A stretch of 64,000 nucleotides of DNA from Octopus vulgaris (Eukaryota): contig OX597821.1 of assembly GCA_951406725.2 (NCBI GenBank), positions 68,882,001 to 68,946,000 of the forward strand, read 5' to 3'. Every line of letters starts with the position of its first letter. Position 1 is the first letter of the stretch. Positions 26,677 to 39,880 of the stretch are shown here, piece by piece. Position numbers and translations under genes: made by a program. The notes under the pieces were generated by a model, which had not been told where the DNA came from, searched no databases, and saw only the letters and a program-made list of their open reading frames with translations.

Positions 26677-26954
26677 GAAGGTTTGAAAATGCAATTTTAA
26701 AGATGTTTATTGACTTGACCGGTTTCAATTTTTTAGAAAAAGATCGTCAAAAGTAAAATGTAAAGCTTTGTATGATCTTTGTTGTGTTATCACAAAAGTA
26801 CTGGTTATCACAAAAGTATCAAAATACAGTTATACATTCTTTGATAATAATAATAAAATACAAAGCTTTACATTTTACTTTTGACAATCTTTTTCTCAAA
26901 AAGTGAAACCAATCAAGTCAATAAACATCTTTAAAATTGAATTTTCAAACCTTC
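26677..26954. mobile_element. Foldback element with ~95-bp inverted arms, each carrying a hammerhead-like motif
   Basis: gaaggtttgaaaat...aagctttgta is inverted relative to tacaaagctt...attttcaaaccttc. Confidence 0.75.
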
Positions 26955-28031
26955 CTTCTTTCCTTCTTTCATTCATTCATTCATACATACATACATTACA
27001 TACATACATACATACATACATGGATGTATATATGATAGGTGCATAGTTCAGTGCTTAGAACATTGGGTTCACAATCACAAGGTAGTGAGTTCAATTCCTG
27101 GACCAGGTTGTGAGTTGTGCTCTTGAACAAGACACTTTATTTCATGTTGCTCCACTTCACTCAGCTGTAGGAATGAGTTGTGACTTCACCAGTGCCAAGC
27201 TGAATCAGCATTTGCCTTTCCCCTGGATAACATTGGTGGCATGGAGAGGGCAAGGCTGGGTTGCATGGGTGATTGCTGGTTTTCCATAAACAACCTTGCC
27301 TGGAACTTTCTAGGTGCAATCCATGACTGAAGAGGGGAGGAGGGGTCTTTACTCTTTACCCCATATGATAGGCTTCCACACAGTTTCCGACTACCAAATT
27401 CACTCATCATAAGTCATCAGTCAGCCTAGGGCTACAGCAGAAGACACTTGCTCTAGGTGCCACACAGTAAGACTGAACCTGAAACAACATGGTTACAAAG
27501 CAAACTTCTTAATGACACAGCCATGCCCGCACCTATAATAGTCATGAACACATTTTTATGTAATTGGAATAGTTGTGACCAATGAACCAAATGTTATATA
27601 TTTTACCTGAATCCCAGGTGTGGCATATAAGCACATTGCTGTCATACAAAAGACATACGAATGTGTGTAAAAACTTCCTTTTAGTATAGATGTAATAAAC
27701 AAGCAGTATTACGTAGCTTGTGAAATTACTGAATAAGGAGGACTTTCCATCAGTGTGATGAGATTTTGTTAATAGAGTAACTACAACGTATAAATAACTG
27801 CAGCAGGCCTTGACCTTATGTGGCTTGTCTTGGCTTGACTTAATGAGAAAAAAAATGCCAGTAGGAAGTAGCTAAAGATAACAGTAGATAAGGGACTGAA
27901 TTAACTGATGGACAGCAAGCCAAGAGTTAATTACTAGATGACCTCTTTTACAAACAGTGACAAGTGATATAGTATATAGTTTCTTGCTTCAAGTAATTTC
28001 TCTGATAGCTTCTAGAAGGAAAATAAATCAT

Positions 28032-28529
28032 ACGGTTCTATATTTAAGAGATGAGGAATTATGTACATTATTTACATTCAACGGATATTTTGTCCTCATC
28101 TTGTTTGTTGTTAACACGTTTCGGATAATATACCCTCCAGCCTTCATCAGGTGTCTTGGGGGAAATTTCGAACCTGGGTTCTCATTCCTAACGTATTTTT
28201 CGATGTTATCATTATTATTATTATTATTATTGTTGTTAAGGTCACTGCTTGGAATCGAACTCGGAATCTTAGGGTTAGTATCCCGCGCTCTTAACAACTA
28301 TGCCATATGCGTTCAATTCCAAATAGTGACCTGGACAATAACAATAACAACAACAATAATAATAATAATAATAATAATAATATCGAAAAATACCTTAAGA
28401 ATGAGAACCCAGGTTCGAAATTTCCCCAAGACACCTGAAGAAGGCTGGAGGGTATATCAGCCAAAACGTTGTGTTAACAACAAACAAGATGAGGACAAAT
28501 ATCCATTGAATGTAAATAATGTAAATAAT
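28032..28529 (-). mobile_element. tRNA-headed, hammerhead-bearing Penelope-type short element, copy 2, with long inverted 5' duplicate
   Basis: 13-bp TSD gaaaataaatcat (28019-28031 / 28530-28542); A box TGGCATAGTTG and B box GAGTTCGATTCC at 28305-28251; CTGATGA...GAAAC core. Confidence 0.85.
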
Positions 28530-31500
28530 GAAAATAAATCATGTTCACCATTTTCATGCCAGTTTTTAGCACTGAATTTTCCCACTCCTATTTATGAAAG
28601 CTTCGTGCTACCACTGTTGATTAAGCACCTGATCAGTCCTAACTGAACAGATCTATGATCAATCTAGCCTTGACCATCTTGTCTCTTGATTTCTTGCTGG
28701 CCCACGCCTCATACAATGTCTTCAAAAGGTACCAACCAAAGAATATTCATCAAAGATACTGGGCCCACAGAATTTTGTATAAATATTACACTGACTCCTC
28801 CAACAAGGCCCTCAATCAATTTTCCTTACCTTATTTAAGAAAAAAAAAGGAAAGAAAATGGCTCCAATCCACTTGGGAGAAGTTAACCAGCAAAAGATTG
28901 GCAATGTATGTATGGGGTTAAGGAAATTTAATCACTCAGCCACTCAATACAATGAATATCAAGACAACCAGTGAGCATGGCCTTCTGAGGCCCTTCAGAC
29001 TGGCGGTGATTGTGGTGGTGGTGGTGGTGGTGGTGGTAGTGGCAGTGAGGTTATGAGAGTCATCATCACAATAACTGAATAGTCAATTTAGTTGATATTA
29101 AATTAAAGATACAGGTGAAAAATAAGCAAAAAAAAAAAAAAACCCAGAAATATTCAAACCTGGAAGGCTAGGATTGAAGAGCATTTACTCTGGAGTGACG
29201 TAAGTAATCAATGTATTGATTCTGTTTAAGGTGAAATTGATAAACTCATGGCAGTAGAGGTCATTTTAGCTACAGTAGAAGCAGCAGATGGAAGAGATAA
29301 TAATCAGGTGGGCATTCTCCATCTGCCCTTTCTGCTGGAAATACCTAATGGACTATGACTTCCCAAGCTGTTTCGACATGGAACCATTTCACAATTTTCC
29401 AAAGATTATGGAAAAACCATACCTATATTTTATGGAAAACACTACTACTCTAATTTTAATAATTGCTGTAATCCTTTAGCCTTCAGGTTACTCTGTCAAA
29501 TGTAAATACTTATTTATCCACATTGTTTTGAATTAATTGTGCATATGTTATCTTGTAACTTTGAGATTTTGGTGATGTGATTGTGTACTTTTAGACTGAC
29601 ATTGTAAGGTAGGTGGGAGAGGTTGGATCTGATCAATTTGAACATAAAAACAAGTAGAATATTTGGACTGGATATGACTGGTTTAAATTCTAATGGGTTA
29701 AAGAGAAAATTTATTTACATAAAAAGACATATGATAACATTATTTTGACAATGGTGAATACGAATTTCCTACAAAATAAATTTTTATTAAATTTCAGTAA
29801 AGTCTGAATTTTTTCATGGAATCAACTTTGGGAAACACTATACCAGTCTATTAGTTGTTCCATCTGCATGTTCTTCTGAAACTAAAATGACCTCTACTTC
29901 GCTGTTTAGCTAAGGGCTTTTTTTTATGATGAATTTGAATATGTGTGTATGAAGTAGGTGCATTACTTCCAACAATTAATCATGCAAATTTACTATTTTT
30001 TCCAGAGTCACTCAACAAATGTAAGCATCTAAGTATGTACAAAAAACAAATAAGCACTGTTCATGTTGGGAATTATAAAACAGCAGAAGACTACAATAAC
30101 AGCAACAACAACAACAACACATCAAACAAAGTATTGTTAGGTAGTCACTAATTGTAACAACAAAAACCAACATGGCAGGAAAGAAATTAATAGTTAAGAA
30201 GAAAAATTATTCAGTTTCTCCTTTTGTTTTTATTTACCATTTAGTTAGGAAAAGGACAACAGCTCTGAAGCCTTTATTTAAAAATTTTTTTTTAGGCCCT
30301 CCAAGATAAGGAGGATGAACGTAGTCAGCTATCATCAAACTGGACACTTGGCCTAAATTCTTGCAGTGGAGAGAACTCTGCTAAAGGCACATAAAAGGAC
30401 CCAAAGTGGTAATATTAAATTCACAGAGGGATTAAACTAAAAACTCAAAATAAATACCACGAGGCATCCTATCTAACAATTCCACTTATCCACTGCCCTG
30501 GATTTGGAGGGACTTTATTTTATTAAACTCATAAAGACAAAAGGCAAATGTATGCATCTGTATATTAGATTTCTGTTAGCTCCAACAAGTGTGACTGATT
30601 GAGTGGTTTGGTAAATAAGGGCTGACATGGGACTCAGCAACAACCTATAATGGAGCTTAGTTGATGCTATGATAGCCCATGGATTTGAACCCAGAATTGT
30701 TAGGTAACTAGCAACATATCAATTAACTAGTAAAAATCACCAGTGAACTGTTTCTCATGCTTTATAAATAATTTTTGTTACGTAGACCAAGGTTAGAAAT
30801 GGCACTGCCTATGGTCAAATGTCACTCAAATACCTCACCTTCAAATTGCTGGACCAGTTCCTTTCTTCTAAAGGTACAAGGCCTGAAATTTGAGGAAAGG
30901 GGACTAGTTGATTATATTGAGCCCAGTGTTTCACTGGTACTTAATTTATGACTCCAAAAGGATGAAAGGCAAAGTCAATCTTGGCAGAATTTGAACTTGC
31001 TGGACTGGTTCCTTATCCGTTCAGACATTAAGATTATAATGTAAGCCAACAAGAACAAAAGTATTTTAAACAAAACAACAATTTCTGGGAGGTTTTATTT
31101 TTATTGTAAGCAATATTCTGGAACAGACAATTGCTGACACAATGACTACAACAGTTATACCAATTAAATTTTATAGTGAAACATCTGAGAGGAGGACAGC
31201 ACTTTCATTATTGTGACAGAAATTACATGGAAAGTCCTAATTCTGAAAGCTTTCATAAGAAACGTATTAACATTCAACTATTCATTAGATGTTTGTGGTC
31301 AATTAAGAAATGGTAATTAGAAATAAATGGTAACTAAGTTGTTTTTTACAGTAGAGAGAAATCGTCATTCATTAAGAACTGTAACTTAGTAACACAATCT
31401 GCATGAAAAAACAAATGGTCAAGTTATTGTAAACACATTTAATATGTGCAGTATAAAAATTTTAACAATAAATTAAGTACTATTTTTTATGTTGATAGCA

Positions 31501-33100
31501 TATCTGAACTATTCTCCACACAATTCTGTATATTTTTATGTTAATCATTGTACAATATGGTATGTTTATTTAGTGACACATCAGTAGCAAGCAGCATATA
31601 ATGCCCCATATTCCATGCTAGCATGGCTGGGACAATACAACAGAGGGCTATGCTGAGCTCCGATGTCTGTTTTGCCATGGTTTTTACACCTGGATGTCCT
31701 TCCTAACACCAGCCACTTTACAAAGTGCACTGAGTGCTTTTCATGTGGTGCCTGCACAAGTGAGGTCACCAAGTACTCACAAGAGAAGATCCCACCCACA
31801 CTCAGTTGAGAGGGGTATAGTAATGAGGGATGTGAAAGTATGATAGCACAGGAGCAGGTGTCTTGCTGAAGAAGTGAATACATAGCTTCCTCAGCTAGAG
31901 AGAGAGAGAGAGGGGGGAGGAGAGAAGGAAATGAGAGTGTACCTTCGAGGTACAAGATGAATATGAGAGAGAGAGAATAGAGAGGAACAGGTATGTTGGA
32001 TGGGTAGGTAAGTACACTCGAGTGTGACAAATCATCATATAACCAACTGGTACTCTGTTGGTTACAACAAAGGTCCCAGTTGATACAATAAAAGGAACAG
32101 CTAGCTTGCAAAATTAATGTGTAAGTGGCATTTGGGGGGGCATCCAACTGTAAAAACCATGCCAAAACTGACCTCGCTCATGCTGGTGCCATGTAAAAAG
32201 CACTCAGTGGTGTGTGTTAGGAAGGGCATCCAGCCATAAAAATCTGGCCAAAACAGACACAGTAGCCTGGGACAGTCTCCTATCTGGCCAGCTCCTGTCA
32301 ACCACCCTACCTATGCATGCATAGAAGATGGATGTTAAATGATGATGATGATGATGATGATGATTATCATCATCATTTAACAACCGTTTTCCATGCTATG
32401 GTTTGACAAAACCAGAAGCTCTTATGTCTGCTGTGGCATGGTTTCTACAGCTGGATGGCCTTCCTAAAGCTGATTACTTCAAAGAATGCACTAGATGCTT
32501 TTTATGAGGCACCAGCTCCAGTGAACTCACCAAGTAAGTTGCAAGACAATTCCCCTCAACTATTGAGGGAGGTTAAGAAATGTATTGGCATCTTGCAGAA
32601 GAGGAGATACATGGAACAGAAAGAAGATAGTGGCGAAGAGATGTCAGGAAGATGAACATTAGAGAAGTGGTCCAGAGAACTGGGTAGAGTGAATGGGTAC
32701 GTAAGATTGTGAGAATGTGAAAGAAAAGTGGCATATGGATAGAGACGGACATAGAAGTGAATGCAGTGAATGGTGAACACAATAAATAAAGTCAGTGTTT
32801 GGTTCCATACAACATAAGCTACAAACCATGATATGGAAGTGTTGCCTTCACTAAAATGTTATGATGAGGAAAAAAGTTGACATTCATTCTTGTGGTCAAT
32901 TGTCCAGTTTCAATCTTCAAAAACAATAGACGTTTCAATCTTTTTGTAACTGATTTTAACAAGAACAAACTGTATCTTTGTTTCAATTAATTTTCAAAAT
33001 AACCAAATAGTTAAAGATTTTTAGTAAAATAACGGTAACAGTGTTTTTATTTACTGGTTAAACTAAGTTGCTGTCAAGAACAATTTATGAAAAGGTTCTT

Positions 33101-33505
33101 ATAGGTGCAGGAATGGCTGTGTGGTAAGTAGCTTGCTTTCCAACCACATGGTTCCGGGTTTGGTCCCACTGTGTGGCACTTTGGGCAAGTGTCTTCTACT
33201 ATAGCCTTGGGCTGACCAAAGCCTTGTGAGTGGATTTGGTAGACAGAAACTGAAAGAAGCCTGTCGTATATATACATATACATATATGTGTGGTTGTGTG
33301 TCTGTGTTTGTCCCCCCAACATCGCTTAACAACCGATGGTGGTGTGTTTATGTCCCCGTAACTTAGCGGTTCGGCAAAAGAGACTGATAGAATAAGTACT
33401 GGGCTTACAAAGAATAAGTCCTGGGGTTGATTTGCCCGACTAAAGGCGGTGCTCCAGCATGGCCGCAGTCAAATGACTGAAACAAGTAAAAGAGTAAAAG
33501 AGAGT
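33101..33505 (+). mobile_element. SINE family A, full length, young
   Basis: Close to consensus, CpGs retained. Confidence 0.9.
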
Positions 33506-33646
33506 ATATGAGAACCAGTGAGAGAGATTCTATTCAGTTGCTTGGCTTGTTAGAAATAGCAACTAAACCACCTTCAACTAACACACTCTCTCTCTTTAAA
33601 AACAAAAAGGATACATTCAATAATGTAGTGCCAGATATATTATGTT

Positions 33647-33678
<32 letters not shown>

Positions 33679-34786
33679 CTATAAGATCATGGATGGAACA
33701 TTTTTGATCAGAAGGGCATGGTTGATCTGGGACTAAATGACAATAACAATAGCCCTCACATGGAAAAAAAAACTGGGATGGATTCTTTAACTATTGATAT
33801 ATCTGTTCCCACTCATATAAATAAAATTTTGGTTGATATTTCAAATTCAAATAAAAACCCTTCAATACTAGTCAATTTGAGTAGATCACTAACACTGAAA
33901 TAGGGACAGTATTGAGCAGGTTTAAGTATCAAAAGGGTTAAAGCAATTATTGAGGTCTAACTGACTCCTAGACATTGGTCTTTGTCTGTTAGAAGCAAGT
34001 AAACATTCAATATACAGAAACAAGACAATATATAGGCACAGATAATATGATAGAAACAATATTCTATTATATTATTGTAGATATCCTGATGTTAGCAGGA
34101 TGAAACTTCAAAAACAATATGAGCAAATGAGGGAGCCTCTGTTCAGTCTGTTGATCTGCTAGAAATAGCAGCCAAATACCACTCAAAAAGTATCAGTAAA
34201 AATACCTTTTATTATAGGTCTGCTAGACGGGAATAGGCCTAGGGTGAAACAACAGTCCAAAGCATTAGGGGAAATGTCTAAATTTTTCAAATAAGTTACA
34301 ACTGGTCAGAAAATATGGGGATAAGAATAGTTCAGCCTGCTACAAACAGAATGGGTATAACTGGATATTTTTGATGATAGGTCCACTGGATAAGAACTGA
34401 TCTGGAGTTAAATAATAACAACAAGACTAATGTCATCAACCACTACAATCACAAAGCAATGAAAGTGACCTTTATGAGATCACTCGGCCTGATAAAAATA
34501 GCAGCTAAATACCTCGAAATCTTACTCTATCATCTTAAAAAATGGAAAAGAGACTTTGGATAATGACAACCACAGTTGGTGAGTCGGTCATCATAGGTCT
34601 GCTTGATAAGAGGTGACACCTGGTGCTAAAGAACCACAACAATAACACCATGAAGATAAAAGTAAATGTAAAATAGATCTAAAAAACACAATACATACAA
34701 ATCAAAAATACAACTTTGAGATAAGAAAATTTGTTAAGAAAGTAACATAGAGGTATTAGTGGCTAATTAATATTTTGTAAAAGGCA

Positions 34787-34830
<44 letters not shown>

Positions 34831-34847
34831 TGATGATGATGATGATA

Positions 34848-35504
34848 ATGGTTTCAAATTTTGCTACAAGGGTAGCAATTTTAGGGGAGGGGATGAGTCT
34901 ATCATATCAACCCCAGTGTTCAACTGGTACTTATTTTATCAATCCCTAAAGGACGAAAGGTAAAGTTGACCGTGGCAGAATTTGAACTCAGAAAGTAGCG
35001 ATGGGCAAAATACTTCTAAGCATTTTGTCCAGCATGCTAACAATTCAGCCAGCTTAATAATAATAATAATCCTTTCTAATATAGGCACAAGGCCTTATAT
35101 TTTGGGAGGAAGGGTTAGTCGATTACATCAACCCCAGCACTCAACTGGTACTTGATCACAAAAAGATGAAAGGCAAAGTCATCCCAGACAGAATTTGAAA
35201 CTAGAACGTAAAGATGGACCAAATGCCACGAAGCATTTTACCTGAGGTACTAACGATTCTGCCAGCTTGTTACCTTAATAATAACAACAATAATAATAAT
35301 GATGACAAAAAGGCCAGCAAATTTGGGGAGAAGAAAAACCCGATTACATCGACCCTAATGTTCAATTGGTACTTATTTTATTGACCCTGATAGGATGAAA
35401 GGCAAAGTCGGCCTCAGCAGAATTTGAACTCAGAATGTAAAGACAGATGATATGCTACTAAGCATCTTGTCTGGTGTGCTAATGATTCTGCCAGCTATGC
35501 TGCC

Positions 35505-35546
<42 letters not shown>

Positions 35547-35914
35547 GGAGGGACAAACAAGAGTGCCTAATAATCGATGTGGCAGTGGCAGGAGATCAAC
35601 ATATTATCATGAAAGAAGTAGAAAACATTGATAAATATGGAATTTTATCAGTGAGAATTGAGATTGCTAAGATGTGGCAGCTTCGAGGGTCAAACATAAA
35701 GGCTGTCCCTATTGTCATTGGAGCATTTGGTTCAACACCACCCAACATGAGAAAATATCTTGAAAATTTAGAAATACCCTACAATATAAGTGTATTGCAA
35801 GAATCAGCATTACTTAGAACTGTACACACATTGCGTAAAGTACTGTCTGAGGTCCTTGTTATCTTCAATCAACAATCTCGCGATATAATAATATCAATAA
35901 CAATAATAATAATG

Positions 35915-35949
<35 letters not shown>

Positions 35950-36160
35950 CCTTTCTACTAAAGGCACAAGGCCTGAAATTTTGAGGGAGGGGACCAGTCG
36001 ATTACATCGACCGCAGTGTTTCACTGGTACTTAATATAACGATCCTGAAAGGATGAAAGGCAAAGCAACCCTCAGCGATATTTGAACTCAGAATGTAAGG
36101 ACAGATGAAATGCCACAAAGAATTTCGCTTGGCTAATGATTCTACCAGCTTGCCGCCTTA
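34848..36160 (-). mobile_element. Cluster of four same-orientation family B SINEs separated by (AAT)n
   Basis: Copies at about 34848-35055, 35070-35277, 35310-35507 and 35950-36160. Confidence 0.8.
35547..35884 (+). mobile_element. 3' end of an R4/Dong-like non-LTR element (restriction-like endonuclease domain)
   Basis: CLIIDVAVAGD...KE.ENIDKY...EIAKMW...VPIVIGAFG...LRKVL; (AAT)n on both sides. Confidence 0.8.
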
Positions 36161-36643
36161 GTAGTAGTAATAATAATAATAATAATAACAACAACACCAA
36201 CAATTATTAAATAGATGGGAAAACATAAAAGTATTTAGTCTAATTAAGCAATAATTCTTTTAGAGATTCTCAAGATGCTGAAACCAAAGAATTTAAAGAA
36301 AGAATAACAGAAAATTACCTTGATAAACAACAACCAATGTTTGATAAAAATTAGATTTTAAATTGGAACCATATGAAAACCTTAAAATTGAGAGTACTGA
36401 ATTTCACATATAGCAATCTGGTTGGGAGCCACATGAAGCGGGCGAACAGTGGACCCATCTGCAATTTTGTGTTGATTTCGCTCGTTTGTAAGTTAAGAAC
36501 CATATGTCAGGTAATTCTATAGAACTCATCTGCTGAGCTTCCTTTAGTTAGTTGCAAAGATAGAATGGTGCCAAAGAAGATACAGCTGCCAATATTTACA
36601 GATTATTTATGGAGCAAGAGAAGGCGGGGTAAAACCTAAATAG

Positions 36644-36674
<31 letters not shown>

Positions 36675-39464
36675 AACACACATGTATGTGTGTGTGTGTG
36701 TTTGAGAGTGTATGCGTGTGTTCACTCTTGAAGTGAAATATTTAAAATAGATTTGTAAAAAGAAAGAGGAAAAGAAAAAGGTATAAAAAGAGATAGGAAA
36801 ATGAGAAAAACAAAGAAAATGAGAGAAAGGGAAAGAGAGGGGAAAACAGAGAGAGAGAGAGGAAACAAAAGATAGATAGTGGTGGGGGTAGGGAAAGGAA
36901 GAGAAAGAAGACGAAATGTGAGGAAAACATGAAAAAATAAAGCAAAGAAAAAAATGGAAGGAGATAGAAAGAGCGACCAACCAACAAACCAGCCAACCAA
37001 ATGTGAGAGAAACCGAAAAAGAAAGAGAACCAAGTTGTTACAAGTTCTTGAAATAAGATGCAGGGAAGATTGATGATGTTGAATCTGTTAAACATACAAG
37101 AGTTAAGTCAATCAACCATTGAAATAATAATTGTCCCAGCTGATCGTACATTTGCCTGATCAGGGCTAAAAAACAACAATTGTTCAAGCCAAACAATAAA
37201 AACTATACACACAAATAAGAGAGCCTCTATGCAGTTGTTTGAACTGCTAGAAACAGCAGCCAAATCTCCCTCAAGTTATACCCTATCACAATAACAACAA
37301 ACAACTGCACTTCTCATTAAATAAGTAGAGGGGAGGACAGGATGAAGAGAGTACAATGATGTTCCTTTATGTGTTCTGGGTTAGCTTTGCCTTTCATCCT
37401 TATGGTGTCAATTAACATAAATATCAGACAAGTCCCGAAAAGGATTTAACCAACTATATATCCTCCTCTCTCACAAAATGTGACATTCTGCTTGTGGTAG
37501 AAATCATCCCTTTTCATTCTGAATTCAAATCTTGCTAGGGTCCAGTTTTGCCCTTCATCATCTGGAACCTATAAAATACAGAATTTACCCATGTATCTGT
37601 TGCACTCCTAATTTAATGTTAAATCTTGGTACCAAAGTTTTAGATTTGCCCCTTGTATAAGTCACACCCCAGTTTGTTCAGTTAAAATCAATTATTGCTT
37701 TCAAATTTTGGCACAAGGCCAGCAGGTTCTGGGGAGTGGGCAAGTCACTTACATCAACCACAGTACTTAAGTGGTACTTATTTTATTGACTCCGAAAATA
37801 TGAAAGGCAAAGTCGACCTCAGCAGAATTTGAACTCCGAACATATGCCCGGTGCAGTAACAATTCTACCAGCTCACCACTTTAGTAAATAGTGCAACTTA
37901 TACATGAGGAAATATGTCAAGTACTAGTCAAGTACTGAGAACTAATCTAACCAACTATACTCCAGTTACAAAAATGTGTAACTTTGTATCTATGCTTGAA
38001 AGTAAACCTTTCATTGACAGTGACAAACCTACATCAATCATAAGCAACCCTAGAAACAAACAAAAGGTGAAGCTGTTAATTTTCAGGTTTTTTCATTATT
38101 TACACTCTTGTTTTTTTTCTACTAAGGTTGTTATTTACCCTAACTCAGCACCGATAGTGTAAACATATAAGATGAAAGATGTCTAAATACTACTTTATCT
38201 TATATGACCTTCCCTTTTTTTTTTTTTCAAGGTTTGGCTGCTATTCTAGTCAGTTTCAATCATTACCTAGAGGCTCCCTCGGCTTGTTTCATTACTGTTG
38301 ATGGTGATGATGTTATTTTGTTTATAGTCAAACTTTAAAACTAAAAACTGTTAGTTATAAATAACAGGCAACAAAACGCGACGTGGGAAGAAAAATACAA
38401 AAATATCAGAGGAACTCACCAATGGTTCTTTTAGTCTTCCCCAGCATGTTGACTGCTGAAAAATGTCCAACAAGGTTTTAGCAACTCTCTTGTTAAACAG
38501 GGCAGAGTAAGAGACGAGAGCAATTTCAATACAAGAAACACCCAATCCATATAGAATGACTAATAGCAGTCAACAGGGAGAAAGAAATCATTTCAGTGGA
38601 ATTCAATCAAGAACAGAAGAAAATTACCATTTTAACAGTTAAATACCAAATGAACATACCAATCTTGGTTTGTTCCAAATACAAACACACCAAGATTGAT
38701 GTAGCAGAGTTGTGTGTACATGTGAACATGTGTTTTGTTGACGCCCAGGATTAAGGGGGGGAAAAAAAAAAAAACCTGGGCCCAGGTTAGACTGACCTTG
38801 TACAACATGGTTGACTGATCAATATCAGAAAAGGACTATCTCACTGTTAAAATGATGACATTGCTTCTGGTAACAAATCGTGAAAATATCCAAAATTGCA
38901 AATGCTATCCAACCCACGCTAGCATAAAAAAAAATCAACAACACAGAAACAAACAGACCAAATATGAAAACATTAAACAATGATAACCCAAAGCAACAGC
39001 AACAAAAACAAATACATATCTTGGGCAACATTGATTTCTGTACATGAAATAGAAACAATAAATGCAAGAATTAAAATGGAATTGTTAAGTGCACTTCAAG
39101 AATAAAAATTCAATGAAACCTACCACTCCAAGTTCTTTACTGAAAGTAGTCATCAAGCAATCTCCTTCAAGACTGCAGCAGACAAGAAACTCATAACAGT
39201 AAGTTACACTGAATATCTCAGTTCTCTCTTTCTCTCTCTCTAAAACTCACATACAATAATCACGGTTTAACATCCGCTTTTCCATGCATGCATGGGTCAA
39301 AAGGAATTTGTTGAGACATACATTCTATGGCTGGATGCCCTTCTGCTTACCAACCCTCACTTCTTTCCAAACCATGTAATATTTCTCCATTGCCAGACAT
39401 GTTTTTTTTTTTTATGGAAGAATGGAAATGAACAATATCGTTTGTATGACAGTGATTACCACCT

Positions 39465-39560
39465 GCTTTTATAGCAAGTTGATGCAAGTAGTTCATCCCG
39501 TCCCCCCTCCAACTTCTAGTTCATGCAATTGAAAAAACCCCACATTATTTATGGGATGAC

Positions 39561-39564
<4 letters not shown>
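39465..39564 (-). mobile_element. Solo terminal fragment of the 6454-7738 mariner family
   Basis: Matches 7645-7738 including the TIR and TA. Confidence 0.8.
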
Positions 39565-39597
<33 letters not shown>

Positions 39598-39640
39598 TCA
39601 TCATCATTTAACGTCCGCTTTCCATGCTAGCATGGATTAT

Positions 39641-39880
39641 ATATGTAAGGATGAGCAAATTAGACAGATCATTATATAAAGTATATTAAATACATGAAAT
39701 ACAAAAAATGTATATATGTATATGTATAAAAAGGTCCAACTTACACAGAGTACAATATATATCATTTGTACCTGTGTAAGTTAGACTTTTTTATACGTGT
39801 AGATATATACAATTTTTTGTAGTTCATGTATTTAATATATTTTATATATTGATCTGTCTAATTCGCTTATCCTTACATAT
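39641..39880. repeat. 240-bp near-perfect palindrome
   Basis: atatgtaaggatgagcaaattagacagatc... is inverted relative to ...gatctgtctaattcgcttatccttacatat. Confidence 0.9.

Noticed and set aside
28239-28310. tRNA gene (also 60646-60712, 61625-61700 and the SINE heads)
   Set aside because: A/B boxes are present but there is no convincing acceptor stem; these are repeat heads.
27957-28646. 229-aa ORF
   Set aside because: Read-through of the palindromic short element and its microsatellite linkers.
31581-32165. 194-aa ORF
   Set aside because: Composed of RTE tail pieces and a GA-rich tract.
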